NCBI GenBank assembly: GCA_964016885.1
Contig: OZ024742.1
Span: forward strand, 172,670,001-172,734,000
DNA from: Eledone cirrhosa
Taxonomy: Eukaryota
Direction of reading: 5' to 3'
DNA: 64,000 nucleotides
Both the position numbers and the translations under genes were made by a program. Under the pieces are notes generated by a model, which worked only from the letters and a program-made list of their open reading frames with translations, made no database searches and had not been told where the DNA came from. Of the stretch, positions 51,870-64,000 are shown piece by piece (position 1 is the first letter of the stretch; every line of letters begins with the position of its first letter).

Positions 51870-52330
51870 TATTTCTACTATTTACATTCTTATTTCAAAT
51901 CCGATCATAACACACTTTGTACGATTATTGTAAATCACTCAGTTTTACGCATTCAAGACTGAACATTAGTCTAAAGGTCTATTTCTCATTTCCGTTCTTG
52001 TTAAGTGATGTATAAATGGCTATTTGGGGGCAAAACGATCTTCCCATTTTAAGCTGTAACGCAACTTGTTTTGAATTTCTTCGCGCCAGATACCTAGTGC
52101 TTTCGCCGACACATCCAGCACCTGTAACCCTATAAGATGAAGGCCGCAGGATGTTATATTTCCATTTGTTCTTCAATCGTTATATAGTTGAACTCAGACT
52201 GGAGTAGACATCTGGCTTTCTGCGTTACTCTATTATTTCCGCACTCACAGTAATACGAGAGATGCTCATCCACAAGAACGAGTAACTGGGAGTTTGAATG
52301 GCTCTTACATCTTATTTTCCTTGCAATTTC
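51870..52330 (-). pseudogene. Decayed Penelope-like GIY-YIG endonuclease region
   Basis: LRPSSYRVTGAGCVGESTRYLARR resembles LRS.VVYKF.CAGC...YIGET.R.L..R. FKLP lies upstream at about 52290 (cf. YFKLPY.G). Confidence 0.6.
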
Positions 52331-52807
52331 GAGAGAAAGTCATTCGCATTTCTGTTTACGACCAACATTAAGTAACATCATTAGACACTTTACAAATCTT
52401 ATGAAATGTTAGTATTATCAGTTAAATATAACTAACGAAGTCTCTTCCGTTAATGATATGTTTGGTATATTATTAATGAAAAGCGTATATGTTTAACTCA
52501 CTTGCTAATATTTTCTAAAGGACTGTTAACAGAACATAGATAATGCTCAAAAAGACAATCATGTGCAAATCTAAAAAGCGATTAAATTAATTTTGAGCGT
52601 GTAATTAAAAGAAGCTTGATACTGGAAATATGTTCTTGCAACAAAATGAGATAACATAAAATATAATACATATTATTACATAACATTATTTTACGAAATA
52701 AATAACATTCGGTTCCTTATATATAATATTTCATACTAATGTAACAGTTCTATTACTGTGGAATTCATTCTCCTCACACTCTCTCTCTGAATTAGTAATA
52801 ACATATG

Positions 52808-53016
52808 AATAATTTCTAGTATAGGCACAAGGCCAGTCATTTCGATGGAGGGAAAAGTCGACTAAATCGACCCCAGTAAGTTACTGGTCCTTTATTTTAT
52901 CGACCACGTAAGGATGAAAGGCAAAATTAAGCTTGGCGGAATTTGAACTCAGACCATAAAGAACGTTATCTCTATGCTGCAAAGCATGGTTTCCGACTCT
53001 CTACTGATACTACCAA
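52808..53016 (-). mobile_element. SINE (longer-tail variant), near full length
   Basis: Core, B box and head present. Confidence 0.9.
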
Positions 53017-53570
53017 TGCTTGGCATTTTAGCCAAGTGTTAGATAAGTGAAACTTAACATAAACACTCTTTGACTTAGACACGCTGATAATTTAGCTTTT
53101 CTCTCGTTTGTTTTTATCCCTTTGAATTTAAGTTTAACGTTTCTACAGATTATTGATAGTTGTATAGAATAACATATCTTTTTATGCCGTGAGTGCATGC
53201 CTGACTGGCTTAGCATCCGCACGTCATTCCGCCTTCTTACCCCTTCCCCCTTGTCAGTCCGCCTTCTTACCCCTTCCTCCTAGTATTACAGCCTGTTTAG
53301 CACCACACTGGTAATAAACTATGTACATGACATTCCAGATCACTGACCGACCCCCATGAAAGACAAGATAAACAACAAACTTTTAAGATTTTTTTTACTT
53401 AGATTTGTTTGCTTCTTTTCCTTTGTCTACATGTCCATATACGGACTGTACCCCTTGATGAGTTCAGCTAGATTCCCGCCGTTCTAATACCGGTGGGTTA
53501 GTTCAGATCTAGCCCGTAGAAACGGCCGGAGCTCAGCCATCTGGTCCTGAATCTTTTCATGTATATATAT

Positions 53571-54224
53571 ATATGAATGAAAAATAGAGCGCGAAACGGG
53601 ACTGTCCATCATCAGTGATCTTCTGACTATCATCGATATTTCTTATTGGGCCAGAGCGAATTGGGTGGAGAAAGAGGGACAGTAAACAACAAAAGTAGTA
53701 ATGTAACGTAAAGAGAGCCCTCGCTGTGGTTCATCTTTTTCTACCACCTTACTGCTATCCTCTTTCTCTCTCCCAATTATCTCTCCTTGTACCTCTTGCT
53801 TTCATTCACTCCCTCTGCTGGGCACACTCTCTCGTCTGGCCTCTTCCTCACACTTTCACTCACACATCCTCTGATGCTCCCCCTCTCTCACTTCCTCACG
53901 TCTGACCTGTGTGAAATCCTTTTCTTGCTCAAATTTCGCAGGGTTGGGACGAGTCTGCCGTCTTCTCGTCGTTGATTTTGTCGAATTTAAGATCACATGT
54001 ATCATTCACTTGTTCTCATTTCCTCTCTTTACGTTTTATTACTCATTTTGTTTGTTTACTGTCCCTCTTTCTCCACCCAATTCGCTCTCTCCCAATAATT
54101 TATTTTAATTATTGCTCGCACTGATTTTGAGGTATATGGTCTTTAATGCGAAGAAATACCGTTGATAGTCAGAAGATCACTCATGATGGACAGGCCCGTT
54201 TCTCGCTCTATTTTTCATTCATAT
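53571..54224. mobile_element. Fold-back element, arms about 150-200 bp, with hammerhead halves
   Basis: 53571-53717 is inverted relative to 54023-54224, and the right arm has an extra segment of about 50 bp. Minus strand of the left arm reads GATCA CTGATGA TGGAC-A-GTCC. Confidence 0.8.
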
Positions 54225-54262
54225 GTATCACACTTGAACAACGCAGCACGACATTTTTTTCA

Positions 54263-54510
<248 letters not shown>

Positions 54511-55547
54511 TGCGACAGAATGATAGGGAATTAGAGATAGAGGAATAGAGATAGAAGATGCCATTAAAAAAGTATGTTTTACAATAACTTCTGCCTTGTC
54601 CTACGTTTGAGTTCCATTAATTCAAGAAAAAAAGAAACAAGATCATTTCTTACAGATTGAACTCTACTCGTGTGACAGCCGATCTTAACGGATGTATAGC
54701 TATCATATATTAGATTATTTTAAATGTTCCACTAAATAATTGTCTGGAATTATTAGTATTACTGGACTTGAAATGAAGACGAACAATGTAATTGAATATA
54801 TTTAATTGTTATTTGTAATATCATATGAAAAGTGAGGGACAGGAAAGAATACCGAAAAATGAGGAAGAGAAAGGAGATTAAACAACGTACATTGTTGGCT
54901 GGACTGTGTACACCAGCTGTGTTCCGAGAACAATATACTGAAAACATTGGAGAGGAGATTAGCCAATAAAACCCCGTTACATCTACTAATTTACCTTGCA
55001 CGGCTTCTGTCTTAATCACGATGTCTTCGTCTCGATTTGACAAAGAGAAACGGCAGTTTGAGAAGCCATGAGAGTTGAGATCTTAATCGCAAAATATTGA
55101 CATGTTTTTTTGTTGGAGGTGGGGGTGGGAGGGTGGGGGGGGGCATTTATTTTTTATGAAAGATCAATAATAATTAAATATATTTAGCGATTAGGACAAA
55201 ACGGTTGCTTCTAATTGGTAGCTTGATTTGCTAGATATAACAGTCTTACCTCCCTGAAATATGAAAAGCTGCGGTTTTGCAAACAACATTCACATACAAG
55301 AGTTGAGGGCTACTTTTTAAAAGTATCATTTTTATTCTCTTTATCAGTTACGAATACATATTTACAAGGCGTAATATTTAGGTCGAGATTGTAAAGTATG
55401 AACTACATTTGATTATGATTCAGTTAAATATGATTTTGTGCCACGAGGACTACACAACCGTGCCATCATATGTAGCGATGAATGAATAACCATAATATTT
55501 TATTTTCAAACTATTCCTGATGGATGAATTCTTGGTTTTCATGAATT

Positions 55548-55712
55548 TAATTGTTTCTACTTTTGGCACAAGGCCAGCAATTATCCTAGGCATTACTGGT
55601 ACTTTATTTTATCGACCGAGAAACGATGAAAGGCAAAGTTGACTTCGGCGGATTTGACCTCCGAGAGCAGGAACGAATACCGTAAACGATTCTGCCAATT
55701 CGCCAATTCGTC
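55548..55712 (-). mobile_element. SINE, variant head
   Basis: Tail and core match the main family. Head reads GAACGAATACCGTAAACGATTCTGCCAA on the plus strand. Confidence 0.85.
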
Positions 55713-55910
55713 GGCGTTTTCATAAATATAATATCCGTCAAATATCATTTTTAAAATTAGCAATAAAGAACACCCCACCCCCATATCTAAGCAACCGTCA
55801 AAGGGAAATAAACCGACATCAGAATAAAGAACGTTTAGTACACCATTTGCGAAAGGGCTTTTAGAGCAAACTCGATCTTGTGTTAAGCAACGTTATATAC
55901 TACACAATGT

Positions 55911-55942
<32 letters not shown>

Positions 55943-56867
55943 TTGAGAAATAGAAACATATGTCTTGCACGTCGGTATGTTTGAGACATTTTAATGCTGT
56001 GTCGCAAAAATCCAGTGACTAACTCCTGTAAACGTATAAATGAGTATTAAACAAAATGTGTACATTAAACGAAATATAAATAGTATAAAACATACATTTG
56101 AAGAAATGTTGAGAGATACTCCGATGATTTCCGAGAGTATTTGCAATAACTGAGTGATCAGAAAATGAGAAAATGTAATTTACATTCCTCGATGCTAATA
56201 ATATCCACACAGTGTACGAGCCCGAGCTGGAGCCCATTTCCGAGTCCGTTTCCGGTTGAATTAATTGATTTAATGCAATACCATCATTTATATCTACGTT
56301 ATTAATAAAAGAAATGTTTTCAATAATACAAGGAAGGATGCGTAAGAGTAAATATTAATGATATTTAATGCAAGCGAAATAGACATGTAAGAAGTATTTG
56401 CTTGGTTTTCAGTTGTAATATTTGAGGGTCAGGATGCAACAGTATATCTATACAATCATGTGGCTAGATTATACGGTTGCATCATACTCTAGCATTTATG
56501 TTTCAAGGGCATGCCGTATCTGTGAGTCATTGATTGTAAGTGAAGCAACAGACGAAGTGAACTTTAACCAACGCAGTTCTGTGAAACGAATAATTTGTAA
56601 AAACTTTGCAATTATTGAATAAGACTGTCACCTAATAATTCTGTCAGATTTTTATTATGAGTGGTGCATTACGTGCAGATTACTGACAAGCGTTACTTTT
56701 CGTTTAAATCTGGTTCGCCCGAGGCTACTCTTTACTGGCACTTTACTATAACAGTTTCATTGAAAGGATCATGTCATCAGTGCCAGGCTAGATATGAGAA
56801 AGGTCAAGCTGGCTATAAAATCAAGTCATTATCTGCCTTGATGCAACTTATTATTAGATATATATGT

Positions 56868-57057
56868 GGCGGTGGATTGGCAGTATTGGTTGAGGGTCTG
56901 ACGCCATACTTTGACGCATAGAGTTACGGCCCTTGCCATTCTGAGTTCAAATCCCGCCGAGGTTAACTTTGCCTTTCATCCTTACGGGGTCGATAAAATA
57001 ATGTACCAATAATACACTGGGTAATTGCTGGCCTTGTGCCTAACGTAGAAACAATTA
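56868..57057 (+). mobile_element. Full-length SINE (the only clear plus-strand copy)
   Basis: A box TGGCAGTATTGG (56878), B box GAGTTCAAATCC (56943), core and tail GGCCTTGTGCCTAACGTAGAAACAATTA. Confidence 0.93.
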
Positions 57058-57092
57058 TATATATATATATGTGTGTGTGTGAGTATGTTTGT

Positions 57093-57135
<43 letters not shown>

Positions 57136-57191
57136 TGTGTGAGTATGTGTGAGTGTGTGCGTGTTTGCGTGGGTGTACAAGTATACAAGCT

Positions 57192-57227
<36 letters not shown>

Positions 57228-57228
57228 A

Positions 57229-57342
57229 TTTACTTTATGATAGTAGTGACGAGGAATCTTGGTCGTTGTCTCTTAGTTTTTCATTATATATATATATATA
57301 TATACGACCAAGATTCCACGTCACCTCTATCATAAAGTAAAT
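57229..57342. repeat. Short inverted repeat (arms about 38 bp) around (TA)n
   Basis: TTTACTTTATGATAG..GTGACG.GGAATCTTGGTCGT versus ACGACCAAGATTCC.CGTCAC..CTATCATAAAGTAAA. Confidence 0.85.
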
Positions 57343-58016
57343 CTTAGACATCAGACGGATTTTGCGGTTCCCCACTCCACTTTGATGAAACAGTAACATC
57401 TAGACTCATTAATGTCTTACTTTACCAAGAGGAAACAATTATTTCTCAATTCTACATTAGTTAGGCTTAACCTCATTTTTATCAGATGCAAAAGAACATA
57501 ATGAATGTATTTTTTGATCGTTTACGTATATATGTCTATTAGATTTACAAAATAAATGTCGTAGAATTCCCTGGATTCCAGATTTCTTTCTTTTTTTCCA
57601 TTTTCGTTAGCATTCACCAGACTGAGTCCTCGAACGCATTACAATTATAAAGTTATATTAGCTCATATTAGACGTATCAATATGAGATTCATAAATATTA
57701 CATTATAGTTATCTTATCTAAGTGTTTCAGATAATTCTTGACACAAGGTTAATGTCTTTTCTCCTTCTGAAATATACGTTTTAAAAACTGACACTTTTAG
57801 TTTCGCAATACGAGAGAATGTAACGTCTTCTTACTCATCAAAGGAAATACTTGAATGATAACTCTATCAGGCGACAGTTCTACTTATGTATTTGATGAGA
57901 TCTACTTAAAGTTTTAAACTCTTAAAAGTCTTTATGAAGAAACCTATTCTGAATACGAACACGAACCTCAAAACGTATGCACACATATACAATACAAATA
58001 TTTATTATAGATATCA

Positions 58017-58051
<35 letters not shown>

Positions 58052-58097
58052 CGTGCGCGCGCGCGCGCGCGCGCGCGTGTGTGTGTGTATGTGTGTA

Positions 58098-58129
<32 letters not shown>

Positions 58130-58284
58130 GGTGTGTGTGTGTGTGTGTCTGTTATGTGTGTGTGAGTGTGTAAACATGTGAGAGTCAGTGTTTGAGTATA
58201 TATGTATCTCTCTTTCTCTCTACACTCTCTCTCTATATATATATATGTACATGTATGTTTAAATACATACATATACATACATAC

Positions 58285-58321
<37 letters not shown>

Positions 58322-58532
58322 TAAACGGAATAGAAAATGCTGACAAATTGTTCACAGTTGAAAAATGGTTTAATTAGGAATAAAGGAGTATTAGTGTTTG
58401 TATGGGTTAGTATTCAGTTGTGGTTTTAAGTTTTTAAGTTTTTACCGGTTGCGCATTTCTAAATGCTTTTCAAAAATAATTTTGAGATAGAGTGTCCGTG
58501 CTGTTTGCTCTGATTAGTTTTGGGAATTCTAC

Positions 58533-58754
58533 CTGTTTTTATGTTAAAAAAGTGGCTCTAATTTGCAAAAATTCTTGTGGTCAAAACAATTTTGGTTGGT
58601 CGGTAGAGGTCATATGAATGTAAAAAATTGATTTTGCGCCAAGACTGTTTTTATGTTAAAAAAGTGGCTCCAATTTGCAAAAATTCTTGTGATCAAAACA
58701 ATTTTGATTGGTCGGTAGAGGTCATGTGAATAAAATATTGGTTTGGCACCAAGA
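58533..58754. repeat. Tandem dimer, period about 112 bp
   Basis: CTGTTTTTATGTTAAAAAAGTGGCTC... starts at 58533 and again at 58645. Confidence 0.92.
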
Positions 58755-58882
58755 TTGAGAAATGACTCTTTCACAACAAATATTTGTGTGTGTGTGTGTG
58801 TGTGTGTGTGTAGTAGTAGTAGTAAGGTGTTCGATGTTGTGATAATGGTTAGCAGCGATGTGTGTCAAATGGCTATTAAGAT

Positions 58883-58945
<63 letters not shown>

Positions 58946-59139
58946 GCAGAGTAATTCGTGGTGGCAGGGATAGTCAGTAAGAATGTGTCTGAAAGCAATG
59001 GGGGGTATTTTAGCATGTCAAAAGATATTTTTCAGCTTTTGTCTTATACGGAGAAGTGCGTGTGTGTGTGTGTGTATATATATAAGTCTCTTTGTATGTT
59101 GATGTACGCGTGTGTATGTGTGTGTGTATATATGTGTGT

Positions 59140-59170
<31 letters not shown>

Positions 59171-59189
59171 GACCAGTATTTTTTTTTTT

Positions 59190-59221
<32 letters not shown>

Positions 59222-59223
<2 letters not shown>

Positions 59224-59545
59224 GTTCTGCCCTATGCCATCTTGTTTTTTACACAAACCAAGATGGCGTAGGACAGAACAAAGGAGAGGCACAAAAAACA
59301 AAGAAAAGAATCGTCAGTCACTGACGAGGTCACAGAATGTGTGACGAAATAACTTTGACGATATATAAACAACCAACCGAAAATTTATAAATCCTAAATT
59401 TATAAATTTATTATAATAAATTGAAGTGAAGGCTTCTGGTGCGTGTGTTTCTTATTGGCAACATGACACTCCCAAAGTATAACAATATCGGTCTCAACAC
59501 ACGTTTTCAGATAAAGAATCTTGCTAAACAAATTTAGAAACGAAA
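59222..59545 (+). mobile_element. PLE-terminus-like element in (TA)n: 5' hairpin, hammerhead, AATAAA, shared tail
   Basis: 59365-59545 is homologous to 14000-14180. Hairpin at 59224-59280. Confidence 0.8.
59317..59361 (+). ncRNA. Minimal type-I hammerhead motif
   Basis: GUCA CUGACGA G GUCAC-AGAAUGU-GUGAC GAAA UAAC UU UGAC. The tetraloop is not palindromic. Confidence 0.6.
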
Positions 59546-59610
59546 CATATATATATATGTACATATACATATATATATACATACATATATATATATACAT
59601 ACATATATAT

Positions 59611-59699
<89 letters not shown>

Positions 59700-60054
59700 T
59701 ATATATATACATACACACACACACACGCATATATATATATATATATATATACATATATATAAATCAGATGCTCATATTTTGAGTATACTAGACACATCAC
59801 CACAAAGTCCGCATTAATATAGAAATATAGAAGACCCGGACCACAATCTGGGGGACAACATAAATTTCTGCCTGTCATAAATGCAGTTTTAAACATCGTT
59901 AAAACCCTGAAATGCTATTTTACATCAGGACATAATCACAACTGTTCGTTGACTGGTGAACATGCAAATGCCACCAGAATCCTATGCAATACCTTATTGT
60001 ACAGATTATGTAAAATAAATTAGACATGAAAATATTAGTTGTTAACCATATAAT

Positions 60055-60238
60055 TGTTTATACTTTAGGCAGAAGTCCAGCAAATATCCAGTTCATTACT
60101 GGTACTTTATTTTATCGACCACGTAAGGATGAAAGGCAAATTTAACCTCGGCGGGATTTGAACTGAGATCGTAAAGGGACGTAACTATGCTAGAAAGCAT
60201 GGCGTCCAACCCTCTACTGATACTGCCAATTCACCGCC
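60055..60238 (-). mobile_element. Full-length SINE with TSD
   Basis: TTAACCATATAAT at 60042-60054 and 60241-60253. Confidence 0.93.
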
Positions 60239-60701
60239 CTTTAACCATATAATATTATATAGAATCCTACGCAATATATGTACTGCAATTACGGTGTTTT
60301 ATTAATATCAAAATATGAATAAAATATTAATACACTATTCCAGTACACTTAAAATACATTATGAAAATGATCACGCTTCAACAATTAGTTCATTCTAAAT
60401 CGAGCGTTTATGATTTTACTACCACTCACATGATCTATTGCGGCTATTGCAATGCACGTGATGAATACACCTCTAATAATATCGTTCTTATTTTGAAGAT
60501 GTGAATTTATCGTGCTTTAACCGTCAATAATCTCATGGATTTAGGAAATGATTTGTTTCATTCTCAAGGAATAAAGATATAAGATTAAAATATTAATTTA
60601 AAAAAACGTTCAGCACATTGGTATTTATAGTTTAAAATATTTGAAGCTATGAAAAAATAGTCTTCTTACTCATATATATATATAAAATAGTCTTCTTATT
60701 C

Positions 60702-60750
<49 letters not shown>

Positions 60751-60751
60751 A

Positions 60752-60969
60752 AAAATTGAGGTTGGTAATGGCACATGGAATATATAAGAGACAGAATACT
60801 TTTTTGTGAAAAAACATATAATTTTATAAGGTAAGGAAATAATAAAGGGTATAATAATAATAATTATTATACCCTTTATTATTTCCTTACCTTATAAAAT
60901 TATATGTTTTTTCACAAAAAAGTATTCTGTCTCTTATATATTCCATGTGCCATTACCAACCTCAATTTT
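60752..60969. repeat. Perfect palindrome, 107-bp arms, 4-nt loop
   Basis: Base-by-base reverse complement about the centre 60859-60862. Confidence 0.95.
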
Positions 60970-61004
60970 CTCTATAACCTTCGTTTTGTGTAGTAAATTA
61001 CACT

Positions 61005-61046
<42 letters not shown>

Positions 61047-61049
<3 letters not shown>

Positions 61050-61223
61050 TTATTCCGGGTTGAATCGGAGGTAACCAGAGTAAGTAAGTACTCAATACAT
61101 AGCAGAGTATAGCAGTTTTAATAAAGAAGAGCTTCTACAGGACTAGAACTGTTTCATTCGTGATAAATCATCAGCACAAATGAAACAGTTCTAGTGCTGT
61201 AGAAGCTCTTCTATATTAAAACT
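61047..61223 (-). mobile_element. Short PLE-terminus-like element with a terminal inversion and hammerhead core, in (TA)n
   Basis: Arms 61114-61158 / 61179-61223. Minus strand reads CUGAUGA...GAAA CAG-UUCUAGUC-CUG UA. A diverged relative lies at 61337-61471. Confidence 0.7.
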
Positions 61224-61237
61224 ATATATATATATAT

Positions 61238-61313
<76 letters not shown>

Positions 61314-61526
61314 GAGAGAGAGAGAGAGGGGAGATGGGTGATTCCCTTGTTGCGTCTAGGAGTAACCACGTTAAAAAAAAGGTACTCAATACGTCGGTAG
61401 ATTATAGGCGTTTTTCTTATATATAGAAATGACTTCTACAGCACTAGAACTCTCATTAGTATGAAATCAAGTGTGTGTGTGTTTGTGTGTATTTGCACTT
61501 GTGTGTGGGATATAGCGAGAGAGAGG

Positions 61527-61611
<85 letters not shown>

Positions 61612-63716
61612 GACATCTAATGAATGCAATATTTTGATAATGAATTTGAAAACAATATGATGAAATACGCCGATCGTTATATTTATTTGAGAAGAAAACA
61701 TTAACTAACATGATAAATTCGTTTCTTTTTAATGTTCTCGTAAAAATCGATTAAAATGCATTCATAATACGATAATGGCAAATACAAAGCGGAAAAAGAA
61801 TAAAATGGAATAAATATATGAGAATATATGTGGGTAACAGGAAATAGAGCAATAGTAATGCCTCTGGTTGGTGGGTATATTTCAGCAGCGCCCCGCGGAC
61901 AAGATGGCGAATTCATTATCATATACTACAGATTTTCCATCAAAGGTAACTCCTTTCTGTCGATGGAAATAGAAGTCTAATGACTGAAGTCATCGTGTGT
62001 CTCAATAGTGAGTGTCACAAAAATGAAAACGGTCAGTCAATGATCGGGATTTAGTCATCTTCCGCTCTTTTTTTGTTGCTAGTGGTAGCGGCGCCTTGGT
62101 TTATGGCCAAAGCAAATTAAATGCTAACGCTCGCTGTGAATAGAATTAGAAGCGGATGATAATAGCAATGACAACTTCTGAAACAAATCAGAATATTGGA
62201 TGCAAGAATGAAGACTAATGGAACTGGAAGACTCTAAAGAAGGTAGAGGTGTGGTTAAGTACTTAAATTACGGTTCTTGAATTAAAATGTTTCCGCCTCT
62301 GTAGTTCGCTGCTAGCCGTGTCATCGTGTACATATTTGAAGATTTTATCGATTTTTCCTTATCTTCATCGATAATTTGATTCCATATTCGCTAGCGTCTG
62401 ACAAATTGGTAAAAACTGTCAAGTGTCAATTCGAAATACATATGCAGTATTTAGTTTTGATCATTGCTATTGAGATTTCAAATTTCAAGTAATGACAGCA
62501 TCGGCCTTTTTCATTGCCTTTTTCATTATCCCTTGCCATCGCAGAGTATCATAATAATATATACATTTAAATTCAATTTGATGTCTATAATTTACGCTGT
62601 AAATCAGGTAGCAATCTTGGAGCGAATGTGGTACTAGCCTAGCGCGTATGTTTATACGAATGTTAGATACTTGTTTGATTGGGAGTGGGCAGTGTGTGTG
62701 TGGATGCAGCTTGGCCGAATGGGTAAGATGCTCTAGGTTATGTCCAACGGCGTGACAACTTGGCCAAGTCACATTTAATTCACTCTCGGTTCAAACTAAT
62801 ACGTGCAGCAGAACAGGAGAATTCCTAGTTCTGTAAATCGGGAAGTAGAAGCACTGATGGGAAAGAAAGTGAACAGCATGGATATAATTGTGAATTTCCA
62901 AGCCTAAACTCTCTTCAACACATATTTTTAATACTTTGGATAAGGTAGCATCAACGAGGCAGGAGCATGACGTCAGGTGGCTGGTCGAAGAATTGCAGGT
63001 ATGCACAATCCCAAGCAGGTTTATACACGACAAACTTCACCTCATTCAATACATCATACAAGGCGCAGTGATGCTTGCTCAGTTTCGATCTATCGTAAAC
63101 TTACGACAATGTTGAACATCACTACTAGGAGGCTTTACTCTACACAGTCGATTCTGCTCCTGTCTTCATGGACTGGATTACCACGATAAGCCTCGAACTG
63201 GTACATGTAATGGATGGTTCGGCATACGTAGATTAAGTGTAATTGATAGTGACGAAAATCTCGGAAATATTATAGGATTACGAAACGATGACACGAGTAA
63301 GGAATGACCCGGACAAATCATTGGGTTTCCAGCTCGGGTCCACAAAAGTCATACCCATGCCATTCAACAGCGTCATACAACGTTTGACGGATGTTGAACA
63401 TTTACAACAAGAAATAGTTCGAAAAAAAGTATCCATGAAAGGTCAATCGTAGTTTACGAATGCGTATGTCTCCTCCATTGTATATAATAACTTTAATGTC
63501 GAGACGACTTGTCCCGGTTCATTCCCACAAATTAGAGCTAATGCCTGTGGAGAGGATATGTTTCAGGGATCAGGTGGTCCACCTGGTGCCAACGCCGTTT
63601 GCACGGTGGGCTCGTCATGCCGCGTCTCTTGTTTTGTGAAGGCGGCAAGGATACAGTATATGCAAATATACATATTTTTTATACACCTTTTCGGTTGGAT
63701 ATTCTCTGGATAGTTT

Positions 63717-63719
<3 letters not shown>

Positions 63720-63790
<71 letters not shown>

Positions 63791-63846
63791 TATATATAGA
63801 GAGATAGATATGTAGATAGATAGATAGATAGATACATAGATAGATA
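63720..63846. repeat. Compound microsatellite (TA)n(AG)n(GATA)n
   Basis: Direct reading. Confidence 0.97.
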
Positions 63847-64000
63847 CTTAAATGACCAAATATTAACTCTTAAATAAACGAATGAAATATATAAAACGAA
63901 TGTATTCGTAATGCTCTATGAGTCTCGATTTATTGTTTATGTGGTGAATTTATGTGTTTCAAAATATTATTAAATGAGTTCCTTTAATAATACAGATTTT

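Noticed and set aside
56868-56960. tRNA gene
   Set aside because: A and B boxes are present but belong to a SINE head, with no cloverleaf and a repeat body following.
62400-63660. GC-richer stretch as a gene or transposon
   Set aside because: No long ORF or recognisable motif found by eye; needs a database search.

Overview
AT-rich, microsatellite-saturated animal genomic DNA. The dominant tRNA-derived SINE and the (TA)/(AG)/(CA)/(AAT) load suggest a cephalopod, probably Octopus (inference). No host protein-coding gene is supported, and nearly all ORF-track entries are microsatellite or antisense artefacts. The window is a mobile-element landscape: two decayed Tx1/L1-clade LINEs (minus strand), a young 5'-truncated R4/Dong-type RLE element inside (TAA)n, an RTE LINE with three C-terminal C2H2 fingers, a non-autonomous Helitron with a 37-bp array, about 17 SINEs, a SINE-bounded tandem duplication, and decayed Penelope-like (PLE) RT/GIY-YIG remnants. 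The most interesting signal is a set of unrelated non-coding fold-back (inverted-repeat) elements, mostly in (TA)n. Many carry minimal type-I hammerhead ribozyme motifs (stem I-CUGANGA-stem II-GAAA-palindrome-UH-stem I), sometimes one on each strand, and one encloses a 0.5-kb copy of nearby DNA. All coordinates, identities and folds were read by eye.
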